Shown: positions 28,670 through 39,778, counted from the first letter of the whole stretch. The stretch is DNA of 63,436 bases, filler included, from Octopus bimaculoides (GCF_001194135.2; 7 parts of 7 records of this genome joined end to end with filler, not necessarily neighbours in it); one strand, 5' to 3'. Numbers and translations: made by a program. Notes: generated by a model not told the origin, from the sequence alone.

Positions 28670-28880
28670 ACATACATCTTGGTGGCTCTCCGAAATCGAC
28701 TGTGCAGAGGTTTCTCTTCAATCTGTTTAACGTACTCTCTCTAAGTTTCATTCTTGCCCTATTGTTAGATTTTTCTTTCTAGATTTTACTTCATTTAGAA
28801 CTGCTTTGTCTATGTATAACAGATCATGCACACCTCTAGCCTTCTTCCTACAACCTTTCTGTTCTTCACCTGCAATCCTA
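28670..28880 (-). mobile_element. R4/Dong-like non-LTR retrotransposon fragment, internally deleted
   Basis: EEQKGCRKKARGVHDLLYIDKAVLNEVKSRKKNLTI joined directly to YVKQIEEKPLHSRF. Confidence 0.65.
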
Positions 28881-28889
28881 AACGGGAGG

Positions 28890-29950
28890 AAATAAAATCT
28901 AACCTTTTTCAAAGGTTGCATCTTCTGTTATTGCAGTTACCCTCCTCAATGGGGGAAGAAATGTTCATTCCATGTTCAAGATCTCTCTAAACTTTGCAAT
29001 GAAAGAATCTCAAATGTGCAACATTTCCAAAAAAACTTTGTAATGGCAAGAATTCTCCAACAAACTCGCCTCGTTGTTTGGGATGAGTGTGCTACGTCAC
29101 ATTGTGGAGCTCCAGAAGTACTTGACCGTACCCTCCAATACATAAAAAGCAACGGCGCGTTCATGGAAAGAGTAGCAGTTCTTTTCGTCAATCGTTGGCA
29201 GTTATCCACAAAGGATCAAAAGCAGATGAGGTCATTGCATGCTTTAAAAAAATCGTACCCTTGGAGACATGTGAAAAACTTCATCTTACAAGCAATATCA
29301 GAGTACTTCTACAAGGGGATCATACAAGCTTCTTAAGATTGGTAATGGGATATTAACATTCAACTCAAGACTTCAGCTACGTGAAATTACATGCAATCAA
29401 ATGATACTTTCTCTTAGGGATTTTATGGATAAAGTATTTCCTAATTTATCTGTCAATTACACAGATGTAAAGTAGCTATGTGAAAGAGCTATACGAGCTC
29501 CAACTAATGAAATGACTTTTCGATCAATTGACAACAATCGATCAAGATCAGGTTGTTCAATATCCTGTTGAATTTTTGAACACACTTAAACCCAATGGGA
29601 CGCAACCTCTTAACTTGACATTAAAACCGGGTGCTCCCATTATGGTGCTTAGGAATCTTGACCCACCTCGTCTGTGGTAGTCAGAAAGGAGAAAATATCT
29701 TTATACCAAAAATTTCAGATGTTCCATTTGAATTTAATCAAACTAAGTTTTGGTATTTCAATTAACAAATCTCAGGGTCAATCCCTCAAGGTAGTTGCAC
29801 TTGATGATCTCTACTACATGCTTCTCCCACGACTAATTCTATGTTGCTATTGCTTACTCGCGACTTGGAAGCAGCAACTACTTATCCATTTGGACACCAA
29901 CAAAAAATTATACAATGAATATTGTCTACCCCGAGGTGCTCCAACATTGA
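28890..29950 (+). mobile_element. Helitron Pif1-like helicase relic (frameshifted)
   Basis: LVVWDEC...EVLDRTLQ; LCERAIRAPTNE; QYPVEFLNTL.P.G....L.LK.GAPIMVLRNLDPPRL; FGISINKSQGQSLKVV. Confidence 0.9.
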
Positions 29951-30084
29951 CAAATTTTCAATTTGAAATACTATTATCATCACAATTTGGATATTTTTTT
30001 AATAAAAAATATAGTTATTTTGAATTAATTATGAGAATATATCTTTATATTTATTGTTTACTAATATCCTTAGCTGGACACTAA

Positions 30085-30364
30085 ACGAACTATCTAAAAT
30101 AGACAGGAAAACAAAAAAAATAATGACAGGATCTAGGATGCACCACCCAAAATCTGACATAGAAAGGCTATATATACAACGTACAGAAGATGGTAGGGGG
30201 TCTTATACAGCTGGAAAACTATCATAAAATAACCACCATAGGACTGCAAAAATACCTACTTCAGAAGCAAGGAAAACTAATACAAATAACCACAAAACAC
30301 GAGCAAAAAAAAGACTGTTTTCAGTATTTAAGGAAGCTGACAAATACAAACAAGAAATCATACT
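30085..30364 (+). mobile_element. R4/Dong-like LINE ORF fragment
   Basis: IDRKTKKIMTGSRMHHPKSDIERLYIQR..GGRGLIQLE; cut by a gap. Confidence 0.75.
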
Positions 30365-30803
30365 NNNNNNNNNNNNNNNNNNNNNNNNNNNNNNNNNNNN
30401 NNNNNNNNNNNNNNNNNNNNNNNNNNNNNNNNNNNNNNNNNNNNNNNNNNNNNNNNNNNNNNNNNNNNNNNNNNNNNNNNNNNNNNNNNNNNNNNNNNNN
30501 NNNNNNNGAAAAGTACCAGTGAAACACTGGGTCGATGTAATCGCTTAGTCCCCTCCCACAAAATTTCAGACCTTGTGCCTTCAGTAGAAAAGATTATTAT
30601 TATTATTATTGTTTGATTCAGGCTCGGTCTTATACCTGGTAGGACTTATGTGGGCAGCGAGTAACTACCTGTAACCTTCGGTATCCACTAGTTTTCAACA
30701 GTCTTTCAAGTGCTTAGAAGAATAATTTTCAGGAATATCAAAAATATTTTTAATGACATACTGTTGTAATATTTATATATACGCACATATATACTTTTTT
30801 CAG

Positions 30804-30864
30804 ACTGCAAGAATGGGACTTTTATCGAGATGGAATTCCAGCTAATGATTTTGCAAACCGAAAA
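30804..30864 (+). CDS. Lipoxygenase (invertebrate LOX / AOS-LOX-like catalytic domain), internal exon A: (x)LQEWDFYRDGIPANDFANRK
   Basis: tttttcag acceptor and AAA|gtaagt donor; 61 nt, phase 2 to phase 0; joins in frame to exon B to give ...ANRK-VDDPKLLP, the LOX 'D(L/F)xxRGxDD..LP' region. Confidence 0.85.
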
Positions 30865-31663
30865 GTAAGTAATTTTTTGTTGCTTATTATTTTTGTTTAA
30901 CCCCAGGTGTCGTCCGTAAATAATAATAAAAAAATGTAATTTTCTATGAGAAATAACTCGACTTTTAGATCGACAATTCTCCTAGTCTCTACCTATCACC
31001 ATCAATCTGTTTGTATTTACCATGCTCTTTGATCCTCACTCTTACTCGTATATGTATTAATTCTCACACATGGCCTTCATTTTGTTTAAAACCTGGTCTT
31101 CTATTGCTTACTTTTATTTTATGATGCACAGCTTATCACACACAAAATGCTTAGCTTCCAAATCCTGTTTTCCGATTGGATTAAAATAATGAAACTTTCA
31201 ACCTCTGTAACATTTTCTTAGATATTTCTGGAATAAACGAATCACCCTAAGGAAGGACTATGTTGAAAAATAAACCTCATTTGGTAACATTCCACGAGAG
31301 TACCTTGATCACTCTATGAACCTTTCAGTAGACCTTAGTATTTTCGTACATATGATATAAACACATACACATATGTTTCTGGGTTGTAATAAATAAGTTA
31401 TGTATTACATACACATCTATCCTGGAGTACATAAAACGTTATTCCATACACTCAACGCTTGCAAACTAAATATACAAATTCATATTCATAAAGGATTTCT
31501 TTCTACATGAAAGTAAGACGCAGTCAGTCTCTTAGGCAACTTGGCATGAGGTTTCATTATTAATAAACAATTCCTCAGTAAGCTTAATGAAGCATAAAAA
31601 GAAAGCAGGTTTGTCTGACGCATTTTATCTATGTGGATATCACTCTTTGCTCTCATATTTCAG

Positions 31664-31769
31664 GTTGACGATCCGAAACTTTTGCCCAAATACTATTTCA
31701 GAGATGATTCGCTTTTATTGTACGAATGTATATACAAGTACGTGTCCAGCTATATAGATATCTACTATG
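31664..31769 (+). CDS. Lipoxygenase internal exon B: VDDPKLLPKYYFRDDSLLLYECIYKYVSSYIDIYY(G)
   Basis: tttcag acceptor and G|gtaatt donor; 106 nt (35 codons + 1); conserved LOX 'Y.YRDD.L.LW..I..YV...V..YY' motif. Confidence 0.93.
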
Positions 31770-31834
31770 GTAATTATATTCGTTTATTTATTCCATATCC
31801 GATTTCGTCCCTCACATTAATGTGATCTGATAGA

Positions 31835-31995
31835 AAACTACCGAGCCAAGAGATGAGAAACTAATGGAAATCTTAGGCAAGAGGATTCCACTGAAGATCT
31901 GCATACCAGACGCGGTCCAAAGATTTGCTAACGTCTATGACGAAAACATTGCTTTCACCAAATTTTTCTAAGGTGACAAGCCAACGGAAGCCTAA
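31835..31995 (-). mobile_element. Degenerate LINE RT fragment in a LOX intron
   Basis: VFVIDVSKSLDRVWYADL...LISWLGSFL, similar to the 'FLDISKAFDRVWH..LL' RT motif. Confidence 0.55.
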
Positions 31996-32487
31996 ATAAT
32001 TTCACCTCGAAGTTTTCTAAATCTTTTTAAAATTCCTCTACTCTGTCTCCGAACATCTCAGGATGTGAACGTGTTCTACAATCACAAATTTTAAGTGATG
32101 TGGAGCTGAGCGTAAATGTTATAAAATACATACAACTACAACCAACCGTGTTGAGCGCTTCTTTCTTTCATCCGTCCATTAATATTTCTTGTCCCCGGTT
32201 CGATTCGGGTACGTGATGTTGATAAACTACAGAAATGGCGAAATATCAGTATCCATCGCTCCCGAATGCGACCGGGGGACGAGTTATTTCACCTGTCTAT
32301 GACTTTCAGATGTTTTCACTCTCAGTGTTAAAAGGGAGTCGTCCCCACAGCGCTAAGTCAGAGCATACAGGTGAACAAGCAAAACACATCCATTGAGTAT
32401 GTGCGGTCGATAATGTTCACAACACTAGCGCTGCTTTTAATTCATTATTCTGTGTGTGTGTGAGAGAGAGAGAGAGGGAGAGAGAGA

Positions 32488-32534
<47 letters not shown>

Positions 32535-32683
32535 CATGTACCAAATTATGTGGAAAGAATCGGGAATTGACTGACAAATTTTTGTAGGAGGTCAACTGCC
32601 TCATACACCTAAGGAGCTGAGAGGAATGTGTCTGTTCTCTCCTGCAACTAATAATCATATTCTCCATATATTTATAATTTCAG

Positions 32684-32766
32684 GAAATGATGAAGCTGTT
32701 GATACGGACGAGGAGTTACAGGATTGGATAGAAAATGTATCCGTACCAACCAAAGGTGGATTGAAG
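32684..32766 (+). CDS. Lipoxygenase internal exon C: (G)NDEAVDTDEELQDWIENVSVPTKGGLK
   Basis: tttcag acceptor and AAG|gtattt donor; 83 nt (2 + 27 codons) matches the phase of exon B; LOX 'D..V..D.ELQ.W' motif. Confidence 0.92.
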
Positions 32767-34192
32767 GTATTTCGTGTTCATAATTCTATACAAAGTAAAA
32801 TCTAGTTGCTGCTGCTGCTGCTGCTGCTGTTGTTGTTGTTGTTGATGTCAATATTGCTGCATGACGTTGCTTAGTCCTATAATGGCTCTTTAGTTTCTTT
32901 TTTTGTTTTTGTTTTTTGTTTTTCTTTTTACAATGGATTGTAAAATAATTAGAATAACAGAAAATATACCTTGGTGTTTTTTATTTTTTTATTTTTGGCC
33001 CTTAATGATCTGAATTCAAATCCCATGGAGGCCACCTTAAGTTTTAATTATCTTAGAAGTGGATTACACAATATAGTCGTCAACTACTTGTTGTTGGTGT
33101 TGATGCGAATTAGAATCTCTATAAAACATTTTGGATATGAATCAAATTATAAAGAAGAATAAGACAAAATTGATGGAGAGATTCATTAAGATTGAAGCGT
33201 AAGTGAGCGATTAGAAGGAGATTTGACTCCTGTTTCTGGTTAGTCAAGCAACCACCTAGAATATAAGAGAAATGTTTTATTCAAGTTACATTTCACATCC
33301 ACTTTCACTTTCTTCTTTTCTGGTAACGTTTTTCCGATTTTTGGTCATTTAAATTTTTAACTGGACAGTATTCATATTAAAGAAAAGATGCAATAAAAGG
33401 AATCTATCTATTGATCTATCTGTCTGTCTGTCAGTCCCTCCTTCTATCTACCTGTCGTTAGCTAGCGGCATGCCTAAATACCTACTTGACTATCTATCTA
33501 CAGACCTACCTATCAACTTCTCTTTCACTCTCTATATATGTGCGTATGCGTTGCGTTGAGTGTGTTTATTGAAAAGGTTAAGAGGTTTCACATGAGTGAT
33601 TTTATATTAAAATCAAAAATAAAGAAAATATTTACATTTTCATTAAAATATCTTGTCGGTTTCAATTGTTCTAAAGTAAAAGGAAAATAAATTGAATTAA
33701 TTCTTTTAAAGGGAGAAAGTAACAAGAAGACATACTTTCACAATTGGCAATAATGTGGCTAAGCAGGTCTTGTGCTTAGAGTAGAAAAGTAAAGAAAAAA
33801 ATGTGGCTAAGGTCTTCAATTTTTTTGTTTTGTGCATTTTAAAAAATATCACACAATGCTTTACAAAATCTATACAATTAATGAATATCTTCAAGAACTT
33901 GTTATTCAGAATTTAGTTAAATTTCATAATTGTGTATGATTAATAAAACAAATTTTCTATTTCTTGAAAATTTACAACTTAAAAAGAAAATCTAAGCGAA
34001 ACAGATCAGAATTCTTTTTTTATCCGAAGTTTACTCTGAAGTGAAAAAGATTGAGAAACACTGCAGCAATGTGTGATTTGAATAGATTAGGCTGTTAACT
34101 TTAGCAGATCGAACGATTATGTAGACTTTTCCTAATATCATTAAATAGTTAAATACAGTTGAATATAAAATATCTTCTATTATCTGTTAAAG

Positions 34193-34375
34193 GGTTTACC
34201 AATGAAAAATGGTAAGGGTCACGTGTCTTCAAAGGAGGACTTGAAATGGATTGTGTCCGTAATCATCTTCATCCGCAGTGCGTCACACGCTGCTGTCAAT
34301 TTCCTACAATATGAAGAATATGGTTTCCCTCCAAACTATCCATCAATGCTGAGGACGCCGCTGTTAAAAGACAAA
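34193..34375 (+). CDS. Lipoxygenase internal exon D: GLPMKNGKGHVSSKEDLKWIVSVIIFIRSASHAAVNFLQYEEYGFPPNYPSMLRTPLLKDK
   Basis: ttaaag acceptor and AAA|gtaagt donor; 183 nt (61 codons); HAAVNF motif with the iron-ligand His and Asn, followed by QY..Y.F.PN.P. Confidence 0.95.
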
Positions 34376-35263
34376 GTAAGTTTCTCTCTCTCTCTCTCTT
34401 TTTTTTGATAACATTTTGTGTTAATATGTGATAATAAATGATAAAAAAATATGTAATAATATATGATAATGTGTGATAATGAGTAATAATGTGTTAATCT
34501 ATGACAATGTACAATAATATGTGATATTAGGAGAATATCTCTTAATATGCGATAACATGTGATAATGTGGTATGATAAGGTAGGAAAGATGGGGAAACGA
34601 ACGACAGGACCATGGGTTTGGGTGAGCATAGTATGGATTCAAATGGAGGTGATGAAGGGCGGAGCAAAGACTGCGGGAGTAGTAGTAGTAGTAGTAGTAG
34701 TAGCAGCAGCAGCAGCAACATAATATATTGAGAAAGTAAGAGTCTGAGAAGTGTTGGTTTGTGATGTCTCCTCCATTAGGTGAATGGTTTTATTCTGGAT
34801 GCAGTCCAAAGTTAAATGTCCGCGTCTACACTGGGAGGTGTCTAGACGACCTTAATAGCTGAGCATACGTGAGCGCGGGCGCGCACACACACTCAGAAAT
34901 ATACACATGAACACAGACATATCGTAATCCTGTTTAAATTGTTGTTGTCTCATTCCTTTCCCTTCTTTCTTCTGTTCTCTCTCTCTCTCTCTTCTCTGTC
35001 ACCGTTTCCTTCTCTTTGCACACTATCACCTGTTCCCAGCATGCATCTCTTCCTTATTCTTTGTCCAGTCTGCCTCTCCCAGAGAAACTGTCACTTTCTG
35101 TACCGCATTACTATATCTCCTTTGTTCAAGACTGCTGTTCATATGAATTACTTTAGCATTCTTGTCCTATCGTTGCTCATGTGTTCTGTTATCTTGCAGT
35201 ATTATATATATTGTAAAAGACTAATGTTTTGTTTTCACTGTTCCAGTCGCTAAGACACAATAT

Positions 35264-35974
35264 GGATCTTTGGGGTTTGACGGGCAACATTTTTTTTGTA
35301 GTGTTTTTGGTACCGAAACACTTTCAAACTTCGAATATTTGTATATTTTGTGGTATAGAACAGATAAAAAATTTTGTATTCGAAGTTATTTTATGTAAAA
35401 AATTGTCGTATTTCGGTAATTTCAACCAATCACTGACGTCTATTGAGGTGAAAACAATTAATGCCGTAACGGTGTCATGGAATCTTTTCCCTTGAATAAA
35501 ATTAGTCCCGTTGTTTGTCAACAACTACCCGTGTTACTACTCTTATTTATGACATCGTTCGTGCGTTTGTACTAGTTTTAGCTTTAGGGTTTTAGGGTTA
35601 GGGTTCGGGTTTTAGAGTTAGGGTTAGTTTTNNNNNNNNNNNNNNNNNNNNNNNNNNNNNNNNNNNNNNNNNNNNNNNNNNNNNNNNNNNNNNNNNCCCT
35701 AGCCCTAAACCCTTACTAGGGAATAATGATATAATTAAACAGGGAATAACACACTTGACACCGAACAGCAGTAACTGTATTCAGCTGAATAGACGTCAGT
35801 GATTGGTTGAAATTACAGAAATACGACAACTTTAACATGAAATAACTTGCGATGTACAATTTTTTGTTAAGAAGGTTAAGAGAAGAAGTTTTATATGACA
35901 TATTCTACCAGTGTCCCAAGTTTGAAAGTGTTTTGTTAAGAAAACAAATGTTGCCCGTCAAACCCCAAAGATCC
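35264..35974. mobile_element. Foldback/MITE with long TIRs, 8-bp TSD (CACAATAT) and a telomere-like core
   Basis: GGATCTTTGGGGTTTGACGGGCAACATTT mirrored at 35946-35974; TSD at 35256-35263 and 35975-35982; TTAGGG-like repeats, a gap, then CCCTAA-like repeats in the centre. Confidence 0.9.
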
Positions 35975-36374
35975 CACAATATATTTCCATCAGAGTGTTT
36001 GTCACATTTTTCATTTACCATCAATCCTTGTCAACCATCACTCATAAATTGTTGAAGAAACTAGCGAGTCTGTTCTAAGGTACTGAAATCAGCAGGATCT
36101 GTAGATAGACACCTGATGAGGGGTATTTTTCCCTTGTTCCATCTGTTGTGTAAATTTTCACTGTGTTTAATTTCATTCTAACACACACACACATACATAA
36201 GCGAGAATGTGCGCTAACACACTTTATAGACTTATTTTACAATGTGTCCCTTCAATCAATATCAAACCCAAAACTTGAAAGCTGATAATATTATTTTCCC
36301 AGAAAACTATTCAATAACGCATGAGTTGATAGGCTATATTCTTTTTTCATTTGTTTCATTGTTTCGTATATCAG

Positions 36375-36538
36375 ACCCCCAGAACAGAGAAGGACATCGT
36401 AGATGCCCTGCCTGAGGTAAAAACGATTCTCAGTGTTATAGAAATCACAAGGACCCTGAGCGAAAGAGCAACTAATCCTCTGGGGAATTTCGATGTACAG
36501 TACATTTGTGAACCAGCGGGACTTCAATGCGTTGCCGA
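36375..36538 (+). CDS. Lipoxygenase internal exon E: TPRTEKDIVDALPEVKTILSVIEITRTLSERATNPLGNFDVQYICEPAGLQCVA(E)
   Basis: tatcag acceptor and GA|gtaagt donor; 164 nt (54 codons + 2); resembles the penultimate LOX segment ('..E.DI...LP......LS....LG.F..QY..P'); final exon not located. Confidence 0.9.
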
Positions 36539-36646
36539 GTAAGTATTCATATCCGATTATGCGAAGTATGTGATATGTGATAATGTATAGTAAAATGATA
36601 ATGCATGAATATGCGTGTGATAATATGCAATATTAGGAAGTATCTG

Positions 36647-36960
36647 AAGGCAGAGAGCTTGCAGAATTGTTAGCATGCCAGGCGAAGTGCTTAGCGGCAT
36701 TTCGTCCGTCTTCATGTTCTGAGTTCAAATTCTGCCGAAGTCGACTTTGCTATTCATCCTTTCGGGGTTGATAAAATAAGTACCAGTCGAGCAATGGAGT
36801 TGATGTAATCGACTTACACCCTACCCCCTAATTTGATGCCTTGTGCCTCCAGTAGAAAGGATCATTATTATTATTACTATTATAAAGGTGGCGAACAGGC
36901 AGAATCGTTAGTACGCCGGACGAAATGATTAGCGGTATTACGCCCGTCGTTACGTTCTGA
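36647..36960 (+). mobile_element. SINE family B full copy followed by a second 5' fragment (36885-36960)
   Basis: AAGGCAGAGAGCTTGCAGAATTGTTAGC...CAGTAGAAAGGATCATTATT, then AAGGTGGCGAACAGGCAGAATCGTTAG. Confidence 0.85.
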
Positions 36961-37253
36961 GGCAATGTGATAATTTGTGATACTGAATGATAATATTGGA
37001 AAATAAATATCCGCTTGCTAATTAAGGAACAAGAGAGAGGCGTTGAGCTAGAAGCCACGAGGAGATGAGCTTTGGCCACCTCTACTGAATCACAAACAGG
37101 AGCGGGTTATGGTTCAGTGTCGAAACATCTGATAATCGTTGGATACCGTCTGATGACATCAGTTCCTCTTGGCCAAAGCTCCATTCACTTTGGTGAGGGG
37201 AAAAGAAGCACCTTCTAGGTATTATCAATAATAAAATGCGACATATGTTATTT

Positions 37254-37544
37254 TACAGGAGGGCCCAAAAGTAGGTATACAGTCACGAAAAAAGAAAACT
37301 CTTATAATACTCATTTATTTTTTATCAATAATAATAATAATAATAATAATTATAATAATAATAATAGTTAGCCTCATTTTTTAAATATTTTTATTGTCAA
37401 TAATCATAATAATACATTTATTATAATTATAATAATACTTTTATCGCAACTTTTAATTTGTTTTATTAAAATAAATGAGTATTGCACATGTTTTCTTTTT
37501 TTTTTCATAACTGTATACCTCCTTTTGCACACCCCACCCCTGTA
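37254..37544. mobile_element. Tc1/mariner-type MITE with TA TSD
   Basis: TA-CAGGAGGGCCCAAAAGTAGGTATACAGT ... ACTGTATACCTCCTTTTGCACACCCCACCCCTG-TA around an AT-rich interior. Confidence 0.75.
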
Positions 37545-37677
37545 TCTGTAATAATGTGTATCGCCATAGGATTAATTGGGATATGTGATAAAGGGTGACA
37601 ATATGTGGTTTTGGTAGAATATCTGTTAATAGGCAATCATAGGTTGTGTGATAATGTGCTAATATGATGTAACATAG

Positions 37678-38063
37678 TGGAGGCGCAATGGCCCAGTGGT
37701 TAGAGCAGCGGACTCGCGGTCATAGGATTGCGGTTTCGATTCCCAGACCGGGCATTGTGAGTGTTTATTGTGCGAAAACACCTAAAGCTCCACGAGGCTC
37801 CGGCAGGGGATGGTGGCGAACCCTGCTGTACTCTTTCACCACAACTTTCTCTCACTCTTACTTCCTGTTTCTGTTGTGCCTGTAATACAAAGGGTCAGCC
37901 TTATCACGCTGTGTCACGCTGAATATCCTTGAGAACTACGTTAAGGGTACACGTGTCTGTGGAGTGCTCAGCCACTTGCACGTTAATTTCATGAGCAGGC
38001 TGTTCCATTGATCGGATCAACTGGAACCCTCGACGTCGTAAGCGACGGAGTGCCAACAACAAC
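37678..38063 (+). mobile_element. tRNA-derived SINE family C, full length
   Basis: TGGCCCAGTGG A box, GTTTCGATTCC B box, (AAC)n tail. Confidence 0.85.
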
Positions 38064-38373
38064 GATGTAACATATAAAAGGTTGTGGTCAAGTCTAAGTC
38101 GATGCGAAAATACATCAAGAAATAAACACTTGGAGAGCTTCATTCATTATTGATGAAAAATTTTCTACAAATTCATTGAAATGAGACAATAAAACAGTGT
38201 CAAATTGAAATCTTATTAAATATAAAAGTATTGTCTATAAACAAAGTTTAATTTATGTTGCAGTCATTGTTGTTATAACGTGTATTTGTTTATATCTTTC
38301 TAGTTTTCTTTCTTTCTCGTTTTTTTTTTTTTTGGCGATCTTTCGATACTAGTACGCAATAACATCTGGTCGT

Positions 38374-38743
38374 TGCGCGCATGCATAATGATTGCATGAT
38401 CGTATAGTGTGTTTATGTGTTTAAAGTTTCAGTTCGGATGGCACCTTACTCACTCGCACCTTGGCCACACGTTTGCTGCAGTACGAAGGCAAGAGCACCC
38501 ATTCCTCTGTGGAGTGCTTTATTGCTTCCTCCTCCGTCGTGAAGCGCACCTCCACAGTGGCGTATCTCCTCCCTATACTGATTACATGATCGTATAGTGT
38601 GTTTATGTGTTTAAAGTTTGAGAACTGTATGCATCCGAGGGGAGAAGGTTTGAGTTTCTATTTAATGTTGTCTTTTCATATTTTCAAGTCATTTAAACAC
38701 ATAAACACACTATACGATCATGTAATCAGTATGCGTGCGCGCA
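38374..38743. mobile_element. MITE-like element with ~54-bp TIRs and an extra internal TIR copy
   Basis: TGATCGTATAGTGTGTTTATGTGTTTAAA occurs direct near 38397 and 38587, and inverted near 38694. Confidence 0.75.
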
Positions 38744-39129
38744 GAAATTTTGAAAACTTTTCAACAAGGTTTTTTTTCCTTTCAGACATTATCTAGTCAA
38801 AGCTTACTTCCATTTTAATCTTCTTACACCTGAAATAGAGTCATATAAGTTAGCTATGTTAATTTTTTTTTTAATTCAATCATCTTTTCTTTGTTCGGCA
38901 GTATAATATTTTCATTTTGTTTGTTCTGTCATAAGATTCATATCACCCATGAACACCTACCTCCTTTTGTCATAGGCCTGCTTATTCAGTGCTGATCTAG
39001 AGTAAGCAACCACAACCAAGCAATGCTGAATCATGTTTAGGCAAAGAAAATTATCTATTAAACTGTAGTTTAATTATGTGATCATACTTTGAATGTGTAG
39101 TTGTAATTTCAAATATAGAGACTGACGTA

Positions 39130-39420
39130 ATATCATCATCGTTTAAGGTCCGCTTTCCATGCTAGCATGGGTTGGACGATTTGACTGAGGACTGGTGCAA
39201 CCGGATGGCTACACCAGGCTCCAATCTAATTTGGCAGAGTTTCTACAGCTGGATGCCCTTCCTAACGCCAACCACTCAGAGAGTGTAGTGGGTGCTTTTA
39301 CGTGTCACCTGCACGAAAACGGCCACGCTCGAAATGGTGTCTTTTATGTGCCACCCGCACAAGAGCCAGTCCAGGGGCACTGGCAACGATCTCACTTGGC
39401 TTGCCGGGTCTTCTCATGCA
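39130..39420 (-). mobile_element. RTE-tail-derived interspersed repeat
   Basis: ATCATCATCGTTTAAGGTCCGCTTTCCATGCTAGCATGGGTTGGACG...GGATGCCCTTCCTAACGCCAACCAC, a typical RTE 3'-UTR-like pattern. Confidence 0.55.
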
Positions 39421-39423
39421 CAG

Positions 39424-39468
<45 letters not shown>

Positions 39469-39556
39469 GAGAATATACAAAAAATAACAACAGACGAGGA
39501 CAGGTGGTGTAAATAACAAAAGTATATATTAGTATGACGCTCGGGAATACGGAAAG

Positions 39557-39593
39557 TCTTTGACGTTTCGAGCTACGCTCTTCAACAGAAAGA
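39557..39593 (-). ncRNA. Minimal type I hammerhead-ribozyme-like motif (Penelope-type)
   Basis: Minus strand: UCUUU CUGUUGA A GAGC GUA GCUC GAAAC GUC AAAGA; perfect stems I and II, GUC cleavage triplet, A6U core variant. Confidence 0.6.
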
Positions 39594-39747
39594 ATACGGA
39601 GACAAAAAAGGATGATAAAGGAGGTTTACAAAAGTGGAAAAGTTCAAAAGTTTTTTAGACGTCGTGGTATATATATATATACATCTTATTTCTACAGTTT
39701 ACTTGTAAACTTTCCATTGTTAAATCTGTACTTTTTAAGTAATCTTT

Positions 39748-39778
39748 GTATCTTATACTGTTTTTGTATTATTTCAGA
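39748..39778 (+). other. Strong 3' splice acceptor opening the exon that carries the ZNF ORF (exon start 39778)
   Basis: Pyrimidine-rich tract ending tttttgtattatttcag|A, 260 nt upstream of the ZNF ATG. Confidence 0.6.

Noticed and set aside
35578-35715. Ancient telomere-telomere chromosome fusion site
   Set aside because: The repeats sit inside TIRs with an exact 8-bp TSD in a gene intron, so transposon origin is the simpler explanation.
37110-37165. Permuted (type II) hammerhead: GAAAC ... CTGATGA
   Set aside because: Stem II closing pair would be C-C and stems I and III do not pair.
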